From assembly GCA_963803705.1 (NCBI GenBank), contig CAWDNU010000004.1, positions 192,001-256,000 of the forward strand: a stretch of DNA of 64,000 nt, in the 5' to 3' direction. Shown piece after piece: positions 32,604-42,956 of this stretch. The DNA comes from an uncultured Pseudobdellovibrionaceae bacterium (GTDB lineage Bacteria; Bdellovibrionota; Bdellovibrionia; Bdellovibrionales; UBA1609). Under the pieces are notes generated by a model that searched no databases, was not told where the DNA came from, and worked only from the letters and a program-made list of their open reading frames with translations. Position 1 is the first letter of the stretch, and every line of letters begins with the position of its first letter. Made by a program: the position numbers and the translations under genes.

Positions 32604-32988
32604 AGCCCTTGGTTTTGGTCTGATCTTTCAACGTTTTATTGTGCCTTTCAGTATCAGCTAGAGGGTATAAGTTTGCCTAGGGCCTAGAAACTGAGTCGAT
32701 CTAAATTTGAAATTTTGCCACGGCGCCAAAAAATCATTGCGTTCATATTCTTAAATTGATAACAAATTGGTTCAAGAAGCGGCGATATCTGCCCATACAC
32801 AAAATTTTTTACACTCTCTACTTAATCCAGATATGGTTTGTCGACCTTAATGGTGACCCAAGATTATATGCCAACACTATAGTGATTAATATGACCGATC
32901 AAAGTCAGCCCAGTGTATTCAACAATTTTATCTAAATCAATTACAGCCCAAACTTATACCACCGAAGCGAAGCTTTTTGTTTGTGATT

Positions 32989-33335
32989 TAAATACTAAAT
33001 ACTAAATACTAAATACTAAATACTAAATACTAAATACTAGATACTAGATACTAGATACTAAATACTAAATACTAAATACTAAATACTAAATACTAAATAC
33101 TAAATACTAAATACTAAATACTAAATACTAAATACTAAATACTAAATACTAAATACTAAATACTAAATACTAAATACTAAATACTAAATACTAAATACTA
33201 AATACTAAATACTAAATACTAAATACTAAATACTAAATACTAAATACTAAATACTAAATACTAAATACTAAATACTAAATACTAAATACTAAATACTAAA
33301 TACTAAATACTAAATACTAAATACTAAATACTAAA
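32989..33335. repeat. Heptanucleotide tandem array (TAAATAC) x about 49, with three consecutive TAGATAC variants at 33038-33058
   Basis: Direct reading of the sequence. Confidence 0.97.
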
Positions 33336-33426
33336 ATTGTCCGAAAATAAAAATCTTATGCCAACTATTTTTTATTTATATTGCGTTATTTGTCGATTTT
33401 AATTCGTTATAAGTTAAACTACCTAA

Positions 33427-34628
33427 ATGAAAAACACGTATCCTCAAAAAATTTTAAAAGAAATCTGGAAAGACAACTTAATTTTAGATTCTGGTCTGGA
33501 ATTTATAACTAACAAAGACCTACATCAAAACTTAAAAAATCTTGTCGGCTCGGAACGAAAAATTTTATCAGTTATTTTAGATCATCTTACTGAAATATAT
33601 AAAAGACGTATGTATGCAGAACTAGGTTTCAGTTCCTTGTTCAAATACTGCACACATGCTTTAGGGTACTCAGACTCGGCTGCCTTAAGACGAAGAAAGA
33701 TTCAAATAACTTATTAGATATAACCGATGCTTTTAGTCCAGAAATAAATTCTAATTCAGGTAAGCTCAAACTTGAGGCTAACAAATCTAATATGTTAAAT
33801 AAACATTTTTTAGATAAACCTAGTTTAAATAAAATAGATAAACTTAAAATTCTTAAATCACTTGAATTTAAAACATCTTATGAAGTTCAAAAGGAATTCA
33901 TAAAAATGTCTCCAGAGGCAGCAAAAACCAAAGACCGACAAAAACCTTCTGCTGAAAACTTAACAGAGCTGACTGTAACCTTATCTGATATACAAATAAA
34001 TAAATTGAACCGTCTTAAACAACTGCGGCCTGATTTAAGAAACACTGCCGATCTATTGGAATGGCTTATAGATTCTAATTTAAAGATTGAAAACAATAAG
34101 CAAGACAAAAAGATAAGAAAAATGACTGTACTAAGCCCTAACAGTAATTCAGTACCTAGGGCTACTCAACATGAAGAAAAACAAAACTATAAAGTAACCA
34201 TAATCTTAGCCAACAATGAAATTAGCTCAATTCAAAATTTAACCAAAATCACAAACAAAGATTTGGATTCTGTTCATGATACCAATGTTAAAGATCGCAA
34301 AGCTAGTAACACTGCTCAATCTTATACCACCGAAACGGATGCCAGGCCCAACTTAAAAGCAAGTCAGTTCCGCACTTTAAAAAATGTCAAAAACAACATT
34401 CCGGCAAATTATAAGCCTATTGAAGGTACAAACTCGCCTGCCACTTGTAGCTTTGTAAGCAAAGCTGGTAAAAGATGTCACGAAATTTTTGGATTAGAAG
34501 TCGATCATATCCATCCGAAAGCCAAAGGCGGCTCTAGCCTACCCAATAATTTAAGATGGCTATGCAAGGCCCTTGATCAACTGGCAGCTCTAGAGCACTT
34601 TGGTCAAAGCAAATGGGGTTTTATTTAA
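33427..34628 (+). pseudogene. Split DUF222-like/HNH endonuclease gene
   Basis: N-part LVGSERKILSVILDHLTEIYKRRMYAELGFSSLFKYCTHALGYSDSAALRR stops at 33717; C-part CSFVSKAGKRC...LEVDHIHPKAKGGSSLPNNLRWLCKALD, where the usual final HN is replaced by LD. Confidence 0.75.
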
Positions 34629-34776
34629 TTTAGTGTTGCTCTGAATGCTTATAGTGTAGTTAGTTTTTAATATAAACACATCGCAAACTTGCATTAAGTA
34701 TTTACACCCGAAAACCTTAATTATTTTTCTGTCAGCAAGCTTTAAGATGCAAAGATTAATTCAGGTCCTAGTCATC

Positions 34777-35268
34777 CTAATTTCCTATCACAACTGAACT
34801 TTTTAGCTCCTCACCTACTGGAGCCTCAAAGTAGTTTTCCATCCAGTCAAAGGTTTCAACACTCACTTCAAATTCAAAAGTGTCTGTCTTTTCAATGTTT
34901 CTTTTTTGCACTCTAGATTTTCTGATATCTATTGGAATATCTAAAAAGTGAAGTTCTGTGACAAATCCCGCCTTTAGAACTAACTGCATAAAATGATCTC
35001 GCTGCTTCTTTTTTGAAAAACCTAAGTCCAGTATAATTGGCACACCACTTTTTAAAAGCCGCTCACCCACATTCCAAATTTGTTTTTCGCATCGACCAAC
35101 TTTATCAATGGCCCAGTTAAGATCTGGTGAACTTGGTGCGTCCATCCAAAACAGTGTTTTCATCCACTCATCAATTGAAAACACTTGAGCATTCTTAATT
35201 TTAGCCAAAGTTCTTGAATAAGTTGTTTTACCTGCTCCAGTAGAGCCAGTTATTAAATACACGTTCAT
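34777..35268 (-). CDS. Small P-loop kinase/ATP-binding protein (AAA_33-like)
   Basis: GSTGAGKTT Walker A; SIDEWM; ILDLGF. Confidence 0.85.
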   Translation of the reverse strand: MNVYLITGSTGAGKTTYSRTLAKIKNAQVFSIDEWMKTLFWMDAPSSPDLNWAIDKVGRCEKQIWNVGERLLKSGVPIILDLGFSKKKQRDHFMQLVLKAGFVTELHFLDIPIDIRKSRVQKRNIEKTDTFEFEVSVETFDWMENYFEAPVGEELKSSVVIGN

Positions 35269-35582
35269 ACCTAAATATTAATAGCCAATTATGCACTCTG
35301 TAAACCCATGATATTTCAAATAGTACACGTCTTAATTTATATAAATCTTAGCTTAAAAAGCGAGTTCTTTGGCATGAAAGTCTGCAAAAATCTATTTGGA
35401 TAATAACTGTGTCTATAAAACGGCATAAAAAATTATTAGAAACCCATGAGTGTATACGTGCAGGCTAAATGATAAAGCATGTTCGAGCCTTTTAAAGCTA
35501 AGATTTATATAAATTAAGACGTATACTTTTTGAAATATCATTACACTAGACTTATCAATCCGTTAACGTTTACAATATAAGC

Positions 35583-37273
35583 ATGGCTGGTAAACACTCT
35601 ATAGATCATTTACTACTTAAAAGTACTAGCCTGAACAAGGACGAAATCAAATCTTTGTTCCAGACAAAAATATCTGGTGGATCTACCATTCAACAAATTT
35701 TAGAAAGTAAAAAGGTAAAATCACCAGATCAGTTGGTTAAAGACCTATGTACACTTTTGGGAATGGAGTACATGAGTGACATTCCAATTAACGATATTTC
35801 ACCAGATCTTGTTCGTGATATCCCAATTAACTATGCAAAAAACCAAGAAGTTTTGCCCTTTAAAGATGATAGAAACACGGTCACTGTCTTAATTTCAAAT
35901 CCTTTGAATTACAGGGCGCTGGATGATCTAAAAGTCATCTTCGGGAAATCAGTGCACGCCATTGTCTCTACTTCACAAAATTTAAAAGATGCAATTAACC
36001 GAGTATACGAGAAAAGCACGTCAAACTTCAAAGGTATTGAAGAGATCGGTGAAGACGAATACGATCTTGACGACCCGGTTATCGATTTGCTTGACGCCGA
36101 CGAGGGTGATGCCCCGGTAATCAAACTTGTGAACAGCTTATTATTTAGGGCAGTAAAAGAAAAAGCATCAGATATTCATATTGAACCTTACGAAAAAGAT
36201 ATGGTAGTCAGGTTTCGTATTGACGGCGTTTTATTTGATATTTTTAAACCACCTAAGAAGCTTCAAAATGCGATCACATCAAGAATAAAAGTGATGGGTA
36301 ACCTAAATATAGCAGAAAAGCGGCTTCCCCAGGACGGCGAATTCCACTCAAACTTGCGGGTAAGGATATCGATGTGCGTTTAAGCACACTGCCCACTGCA
36401 TTTGGTGAACGTATAGTGATGCGTCTTCAGGATAGATCCAACGTGATTTTAGATTTAGCTCAGCTTGGTTTTTCAAAACTGTCTTTAGATAAAATTGCTC
36501 ATGTTTTAAATAAGACCTACGGCATTATGCTTGTCACTGGACCGACTGGCTCTGGTAAATCAACAACACTTTATTCTTGTTTGCAAAAAATCAATTCTAT
36601 CGATCGAAATATCTTAACTGTTGAAGAACCAGTGGAGCAAAGAATCCATGGAATAGGTCAGATCCAAGTCAACAGTAAAATTGGACTTACTTTTGCTGCG
36701 GGGCTTAGGTCAATTTTACGTCAAGATCCGAACGTGGTAATGGTTGGTGAGATTCGTGATCTTGAAACAGCAGAGATTTCAATCAACGCTTCTTTAACTG
36801 GTCACATAGTTCTTTCCACTATTCATACCAACGACTCTTCAGGGGTGTTTCCTAGACTTATCGATATGGGGTGCGAGCCTTTTCTAATTGCAACTTCGCT
36901 TTTAGGAGTTATAGCTCAGCGACTGGTGCGAGTGCTTTGTCCAATGTGTAAACAATCTTATACTCCTACAACATCTGAACTTTTGTCTATGGAACTTAGG
37001 CCCGAGGATGTGAAAGATGCTAAATTTTGTAAACCTGTAGGTTGTAATGAATGTAATCAAAAGGGTTATCTAGGTCGAACACTTATTGAAGAATTTTTAG
37101 ACGTCACCGATGACATAAAGGCTTTGATTATGCGCCGTGAAGACGGTGGGACGATCAGGAAAAAAGCAGTTCAAGAAGGCATGCAAACATTTAGAACCCA
37201 TGGTATCAAAAAGGCCATGTAGGGGATCACCTCTGTCCAAGAAGTTTTGTCTAACACTCAAGTGGATTCTTAA
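35583..37273 (+). CDS. gspE: Type II secretion ATPase GspE, with a 1-bp deletion near 36339 and an in-frame TAG at 37220-37222
   Basis: ASDIHIEP, EKRLPQDG then RIPLKLAGKDIDVRLSTLPT in the shifted frame, GPTGSGKSTT, LRQDPNVVMVGEIRD; GITSVQEVL continues past the TAG. Confidence 0.93.
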
Positions 37274-37281
37274 TCTAGACC

Positions 37282-38499
37282 ATGGCTATTTACGAATACA
37301 AAGGTTTTAATAAAAAAGGAAAAACTGTAAAGGGTCAGATAGACTCTGATAGCCAAAGATCAGCTCGAATTAAACTTAAAAAAGATGGCGTATTTGTTAG
37401 TGAAATTAAGGACAAATCTAAAGCCCGGAAAGGTTCAAAAAAGAAAAGCTCAAGCAACCAGTCTAAAGTAAGCATTCAGGACTTATCTCAAACTACTCGG
37501 CAGCTGGCGACTTTGGTTAAAGCTAGCATTCCTTTGGTTGAATGTTTAGGTGCTGTTTCAGAACAGACTGAAAATTCAGTCCTAAAAGAGGCCTTTTCAG
37601 AACTTAGAAATATGGTTAACGAGGGCCAGACACTTCACAAAGGTTTAGTGAAATACCCAAAAGTATTCAATAAAATTTACGTTACAATGGTACAGGCTGG
37701 CGAGTTGTCAGGAACACTTGACCTTATTTTGCTTCGGCTTGCAGAATTTTTAGAGGCTCAGCACGAGCTTTCCAGTAGAGTCAGATCAGCAATGATTTAT
37801 CCTACCGTGATGATTATATTTACATTACTGATCTTAGTCGGTCTTTTTGTGTTTTTAGTTCCCAGCATGCGAGAAATCTTTGAAGGTGAAGGTCAAGAAT
37901 TACCTGCACTGTCCAAAGCGGTTTTCGACACCAGTGATTTTATAATTGAATATTATATTCCCCTTATCATCAGTATTGCATTAGCCGTTTTTATGTTTTT
38001 TTCTTGGAAGAAGTCGCCAAAAGGTTCTTTAGCGTGGGATGGCTTTATTTTAAGATTTCCAGTTGTAGGACGGCTTGCAAGGCTTATTGCTGTCAGTCGT
38101 TTTACCCGCACCCTATCAACATTACTTACTGGTGGTGTACCCATGCTGGACGCCCTGGGTATTGTCAGAAATGTCGTCAATAATCAAGTTCTTGCAATAG
38201 CTATAGATAATGCAACAGACAATATCAGAGAGGGTGAATCAATTGCTGGACCCTTAAAAAAATCTGGTCAGTTTCCGCCCATTGTTATTCATATGATCAA
38301 CGTAGGTGAAAAAACTGGAGAACTAGAACTGATGCTCAATCAAGTTAGCGAAGCCTATGATTTTCAAGTCAAAAATGATGTAGATGGTCTGACATCACTT
38401 TTAACACCGGTGATGTTAGTTTTAATGGGCGGTGTAATCTCTATCGTCATCTTCGCTATCCTAATGCCTATGTTCGAAATGCTGAATTTTACAGGCTAA
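37282..38499 (+). CDS. gspF: Type II secretion inner-membrane platform protein GspF
   Basis: TRQLATLV, AGELSGTLD, SAMIYP and VGEKTGELE motifs. Confidence 0.96.
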   Translation: MAIYEYKGFNKKGKTVKGQIDSDSQRSARIKLKKDGVFVSEIKDKSKARKGSKKKSSSNQSKVSIQDLSQTTRQLATLVKASIPLVECLGAVSEQTENSVLKEAFSELRNMVNEGQTLHKGLVKYPKVFNKIYVTMVQAGELSGTLDLILLRLAEFLEAQHELSSRVRSAMIYPTVMIIFTLLILVGLFVFLVPSMREIFEGEGQELPALSKAVFDTSDFIIEYYIPLIISIALAVFMFFSWKKSPKGSLAWDGFILRFPVVGRLARLIAVSRFTRTLSTLLTGGVPMLDALGIVRNVVNNQVLAIAIDNATDNIREGESIAGPLKKSGQFPPIVIHMINVGEKTGELELMLNQVSEAYDFQVKNDVDGLTSLLTPVMLVLMGGVISIVIFAILMPMFEMLNFTG

Positions 38500-38527
38500 T
38501 TGTTTAAAGTGGAATCAAGTAGCCATC

Positions 38528-38705
38528 AACTTCTGAACTAAATTCTTTAAAAAAATAAATTTAAGAAATATCACTCTTAAAAACGCTCAATCATACGTTT
38601 GGCATTTGCTTGCAAAAAAATATCAAGCTGCATGCCAAGCCGAGCTCGGTTTTTAAGAGTGATATTTCTTAAATTTATTTTTTTAAAGAATTTAGTTCAG
38701 AAGTT
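38528..38705. repeat. Long palindromic element A: perfect 57-bp inverted arms around a 64-bp structured core
   Basis: 38528-38584 is the exact reverse complement of 38649-38705. Confidence 0.95.
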
Positions 38706-38880
38706 TAATTGCGCACCACCTAAAGAACAGAGTTCTACCAACGATTAAACAGAGCGTTAATGATGAGCTAATTTCTATTCAATCTAAATCCACTATTTGA
38801 AATAGCCGCCTTTACAGGTTAATATTGGCAGATAAAATTTAAGAAATATCTATTTAGTAATTATCCAAGGAGCATCCACT

Positions 38881-39339
38881 TTGAAAACACTTAATCCTCT
38901 AAACCTTAATCTTAACCTAAGCTCTAAAACTGAACCTGAGAAAGGTTTCACCTTAGTTGAAATTATGATCGTGTTAGTGATCTTAGGTGGCTTATTTACA
39001 CTTCTAGGTGGTCGAGTGTTTGGGCAAAGAGACCGCGCAAATGTGACAGTGGCTAAAATTCAAATTAGTAAGATTACTAGTGCTATCGAGCTTTTTTATA
39101 ATGACTGTGACCAATACCCACAGGACTTAGAGCAATTGATCAAAAAGCCAAGCGAAGATGTTTGTGAAAATTGGCAACCCAAGGGCTACCTAAAAAGTGC
39201 AAAAGACTTAAAAGACCCTTGGAAAAATGACTTTGTTTATGAAGTTGAAGGTGGCGGTTTTATCGTAAGATCTTTGGGTAAAGATAAACAGCCAGGTGGA
39301 GATGAGTATAACACGGACATAAGCTCTGAAGACCTATAA
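38881..39339 (+). CDS. gspG: Major pseudopilin GspG
   Basis: G|FTLVEIMIVLVILG; DPWKNDFVY; SLGKDKQPGG. Confidence 0.95.
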   Translation: MKTLNPLNLNLNLSSKTEPEKGFTLVEIMIVLVILGGLFTLLGGRVFGQRDRANVTVAKIQISKITSAIELFYNDCDQYPQDLEQLIKKPSEDVCENWQPKGYLKSAKDLKDPWKNDFVYEVEGGGFIVRSLGKDKQPGGDEYNTDISSEDL

Positions 39340-39958
39340 GACGCAGTTTGGTTTTACATTAATTGAACTGCTAATAGTTATAATAATTATTGCAGGAGTT
39401 TTTGCTACCTTAGCTCCAGGTTTTTTTACTAAGTCTGATCGGGAGCTAAGAAGAGAAGTTAGAAGGCTAAGTTTATTAGCTAAAGACGTAAGAAACCGCG
39501 CTGTTTTGACTAAAAACACTCACCGCATAGCTTTTATTATTAAAGAAAAACAAGTTACATTTGCAGTCGAAGAGGCTTTGGGCCAAGTAAGACTGGATGA
39601 CCCCGAAGAGCGCTTAAAGTTTATCAACAGTCAGAAAAACTTTACGGACGCTGAGTTGGAAGCCTATCAGAAAACCAATCCCTTTAAACCAGTTGATCGA
39701 TTTTCGAAAGACGGTCCGATGAAACTGATGGAGGCTCTTACAATAAAACAAATTGAACTGCAGGGAATCAAGGAGCCTTTCACTGAAGGAGAGGTCGCTA
39801 TTTATTTTATGCCAGAGGGTTATGTTGAACTTGCAGTTATTCAAGTTCAGACTAGGACAGAGTCCCTTAAGTGGACCTTGGTGACCTCGCCCTTAATCGG
39901 TAGAATGGATGTTTTCGAAGGACACCTTAATATGGAACAGATTGAAGATAGAAAATGA
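39326..39958 (+). CDS. gspH: Minor pseudopilin GspH (extended 60 codons upstream of the tracked ORF; probable CTG start)
   Basis: In-frame upstream sequence reads (L)KTYKTQFG|FTLIELLIVIIIIAG; an in-frame TAA at 39320-39322 limits the start. Confidence 0.85.
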   Translation: MKTYKTQFGFTLIELLIVIIIIAGVFATLAPGFFTKSDRELRREVRRLSLLAKDVRNRAVLTKNTHRIAFIIKEKQVTFAVEEALGQVRLDDPEERLKFINSQKNFTDAELEAYQKTNPFKPVDRFSKDGPMKLMEALTIKQIELQGIKEPFTEGEVAIYFMPEGYVELAVIQVQTRTESLKWTLVTSPLIGRMDVFEGHLNMEQIEDRK

Positions 39959-40605
39959 TTTTATCTAAAGGCACTTTTATTCTTAAAATGGATTCGACTA
40001 AATTTTTTTCGAAACTAACACCAAAAACCAAAAATTGTTTACCACTAAATTCTAAAGGCTTTACTTTAGTTGAAGTTTTAATAGCAGTTACTATATTAGC
40101 TACCATAGCTGTAATAGTCAGCAGTTCTTGGGGTGGCAACGTTGTTCGTCTTAAGTCATCTAAAGTTAAGGTCAATGCTGTAGAACTTCTGCAGCGAAAA
40201 ATTATAGAGATTGAAGCCGAATATACCGGTAATGCCGATTCTCTTCCGTCTGAAAAACAAACTGGAACTTTTGAAGATGAGCGCTTTAAAAATTATTCGT
40301 GGCAGTGGGAATCCCAAGAGATAAATATCCCGGATATTTCAGCACTGGTTGAGACCGATGGTCAAGACACTTTAGTAGTCGCTGTGCTTGATAATTTTAG
40401 AACTTACCTAAATCAATCTATCAAAGAGGTCTTAGTTACAGTTGAATATAAGCAGGGCAAAGAAAAGCCCTACAAATTTTCTGTACCTTTTTATATTGTA
40501 AACTTTGACAACCAAATTTCATTGGGTATTGCCGGAGCAGATGGCGGTTCGGCCCTTCCAACAGGTAACCAGGGCTCTGGCAGTGGCACACCTGGTGGTC
40601 GTTAA
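39955..40605 (+). CDS. gspI: Minor pseudopilin GspI
   Basis: KG|FTLVEVLIAVTILA; gene order. Confidence 0.85.
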   Translation: MILSKGTFILKMDSTKFFSKLTPKTKNCLPLNSKGFTLVEVLIAVTILATIAVIVSSSWGGNVVRLKSSKVKVNAVELLQRKIIEIEAEYTGNADSLPSEKQTGTFEDERFKNYSWQWESQEINIPDISALVETDGQDTLVVAVLDNFRTYLNQSIKEVLVTVEYKQGKEKPYKFSVPFYIVNFDNQISLGIAGADGGSALPTGNQGSGSGTPGGR

Positions 40606-40606
40606 A

Positions 40607-41689
40607 ATGTTTAAACTAAAAGATATGACTCTCTTTACAGCCAACCCCAGCTTTAGGATTAGCACCAATATAAAAGTTAAAACCAGGCAAAGATTAGATT
40701 TACAAAGTGGTTTTACCTTAGTTGAGCTAATGATTGCTCTTGTTATTTTAGCTTTTATTAGTTTTTACACCGCGCAGTCTATTAGAACGACTGTGACTTT
40801 TAGCAAAAAAATTCAAACAGATGTAGATATAAATTCTGAAGTGCATGCAGCGATCAGTTTATTGAAGACGGACATTGCACGTGCCTTTAACTCCAGAGAC
40901 CTTTATGTTGCAGTCTACAACGAGGCACAAAGAGAACATATAAGTAGATGGCAAGAGGCTAAGAATAAACCTGCAGGAACTGGCGCTGGAACTGGAACGC
41001 CTGGTTCGGCCGCACCGGTAACGCCGCAGCAACAAGTGCAGCAAAATCAAAGTCCCCCTCCTGAGTATAAATTTAGAGCAGAAGTTGTACTTACAGATTT
41101 TGTAGGGACTGAAAGCAAGTTGAATTTTTCTTCTTTAAATGGAAACGCTATTAGAAAAAGTACAAATGCCAGTGAACTTGTTGAAATAGGTTACGAAGTT
41201 AAATCATGTAAACGAAGGGGCAAAGCACAAAAGTCTACTGACTGTTTGTGGCGTCGGTTAGCGTATTACTTAGATGGAGATGTTGAAGAAGGTGGACAAG
41301 AGTCGGTCCTAATCGAAGACGTGACTGATTTTAAACTTAAGTACTTAAGAAAAAAAGCAGACGAAGAATTAGAGTGGCGGGATAAATGGATCAAAGGTGA
41401 CGCCAACACCGAAAATCGACTTCCATTAGCAGTTGAAATAAGTTTAGAAGTTTCAAAGCCAATAGATAAGGCCGAAAAAAATCTAAAGACAAAAAGAGTC
41501 GTTGCCTATGTTCCAATTAATTTTGAAAATAATAAGTACGTCCAACAAATTAACGAGATGAATGCTAAAGGCAACCCCTTAACTGATCCAGCGCAAGGAC
41601 AGTCCGCGCCGTTTACACAACCCCAAACCACAACACCTGCTGCAGGTGGGCAACCAAATCCCACTGGGTTCAATTCTGGGGCATTTTGA
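40607..41689 (+). CDS. gspJ: Minor pseudopilin GspJ
   Basis: SG|FTLVELMIALVILA; LWRR; LPLAVEISL; ATG at 40607. Confidence 0.88.
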   Translation: MFKLKDMTLFTANPSFRISTNIKVKTRQRLDLQSGFTLVELMIALVILAFISFYTAQSIRTTVTFSKKIQTDVDINSEVHAAISLLKTDIARAFNSRDLYVAVYNEAQREHISRWQEAKNKPAGTGAGTGTPGSAAPVTPQQQVQQNQSPPPEYKFRAEVVLTDFVGTESKLNFSSLNGNAIRKSTNASELVEIGYEVKSCKRRGKAQKSTDCLWRRLAYYLDGDVEEGGQESVLIEDVTDFKLKYLRKKADEELEWRDKWIKGDANTENRLPLAVEISLEVSKPIDKAEKNLKTKRVVAYVPINFENNKYVQQINEMNAKGNPLTDPAQGQSAPFTQPQTTTPAAGGQPNPTGFNSGAF

Positions 41690-42945
41690 TGCAATCAAGA
41701 AAAAAGTCAGAGCGCGGGGTAGCACTTATGATTGCTTTGTTTTTCACAGCCTTGATTAGCTTTCTGCTTTTTGAAATTTCAAAAGAAACTTTGTACGAGT
41801 CCATTTCGGCTTCACAGAATATTCACGAGCTTCGCGCTTATTACGCGGCTAAAGCCGGCGAAGATGTAAGCTTACTTAGAATAAAAGCTTTCTTAACTAT
41901 AAAGAGTCAAATTGAAAGTGCAGGTGAAGTGGCCAAACCTTTTGCTGACAAGGCAAATATTATCTGGGAGTTTCCGTTTATGTGGCCTCCTATACTGCCT
42001 GAGGATGCTCCACTAAATGCTAAAAGTGAATTGCAAACTACTTTAAAAGAAACTTTGTTTAAAAAGGCCACTTACGCGCCACTAATAATAGATCTCGGAG
42101 GATTGATTGATATCAACAACTTAGATTCTCCATCTAAGACTCTGGCCGATTCCACAAAAAATTTGATTTTAGAAATCTATAGAAAAAGAATTGAAGAGGA
42201 TAATAATTTTTCGAGAATCTACAATATAGACGAAATTGAAACTGTCGTTAACAATATGATTGATTGGGTTGACGAAGATCAAGACGCCATCAATGGTGGA
42301 TCTGAATCTGCTATATACGCCTCTCGGCAGTTAAGAAATATTCCCCCTAACCAGCATTTTAAAGTGATAAACGAGCTTATGTTAGTTGAAGGTATGAACG
42401 AAGATCTATTCAAAGTGATAGAAACTTCGATCACTACCTTAGGTAACCCAGGTATAAACGTGAACTCTGCAGAAAAAGATGTGCTGATGTCCTTGGACCT
42501 ACAAATGAACGATGAAACCGCCGATGAAATTATCAAGCGTAGGCAAGATCCTGATCACGGACCCTTTAACGAGGCTTTATTTAAAGAATTGATCGAAGAG
42601 AAACTAGGAAGCTTTAGTGATTTTAATTCTAGCAAGATTCCAATACTATACTCTGCTATCGCAAATTTTAAGATTGAGAGCATAGGGATTTCTGGAAAAA
42701 TTACTAAGACAATCATTAGCCATGTCTATGACCAAACAGAATTACTAGAAGCTATGGTTTCAGGTCTTGAAAAAGCATATGAAGAGCAATATCCCACTTC
42801 AGGCTCTGCTGTAAGCCCAGAAAATGGACAGCAAAACCAAGTAGGAACAACGGGTGTGACTCAGCAGCCTAGCGAAGAAAAGAAGAAGCCTGCGCGAGTG
42901 ATACCATCGGGCCCGCCACCGGTTATGTACCGGAAAGTTATTTAA
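41686..42945 (+). CDS. gspK: Minor pseudopilin GspK
   Basis: RG|VALMIAL; IDINNL, IDWVDED and INVNSA motifs. Confidence 0.92.
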   Translation: MMQSRKKSERGVALMIALFFTALISFLLFEISKETLYESISASQNIHELRAYYAAKAGEDVSLLRIKAFLTIKSQIESAGEVAKPFADKANIIWEFPFMWPPILPEDAPLNAKSELQTTLKETLFKKATYAPLIIDLGGLIDINNLDSPSKTLADSTKNLILEIYRKRIEEDNNFSRIYNIDEIETVVNNMIDWVDEDQDAINGGSESAIYASRQLRNIPPNQHFKVINELMLVEGMNEDLFKVIETSITTLGNPGINVNSAEKDVLMSLDLQMNDETADEIIKRRQDPDHGPFNEALFKELIEEKLGSFSDFNSSKIPILYSAIANFKIESIGISGKITKTIISHVYDQTELLEAMVSGLEKAYEEQYPTSGSAVSPENGQQNQVGTTGVTQQPSEEKKKPARVIPSGPPPVMYRKVI

Positions 42946-42956
42946 TATATTAGGCC

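Larger units (their letters stand above)
30690..32818 (+). mobile_element. Complete IS256-family element (2129 bp) carrying a passenger gene
   Basis: Imperfect terminal IRs GGGTCTGTAAATTATTTTGTGTATGAG / GAGAGTGTAAAAAATTTTGTGTATGGG (reverse complement of right end); 8-bp target duplication TACTTAAT at 30682-30689 and 32819-32826. Confidence 0.95.

Noticed and set aside
32989..33335. CRISPR array
   Set aside because: Pure 7-bp tandem repeat with no unique spacers, and no cas genes in the window.
35370..35386. sigma54-like TGGCATGAAAGTCTGC upstream of gspE (similar motif on the minus strand near 48892-48907)
   Set aside because: GG-GC spacing is 11, not the required 10.
37220..37222. Stop-codon reassignment (TAG read as sense) suggested by the in-frame TAG in gspE
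   Set aside because: TAG ends many intact genes here (mvaD, rpmI, actA, ssb); a single case is better explained by a base error or point mutation.
38836..38851. 16-bp echo (AAATTTAAGAAATATC) of the palindrome A arm upstream of gspG
   Set aside because: Short and very AT-rich; cannot be told apart from chance without more copies.
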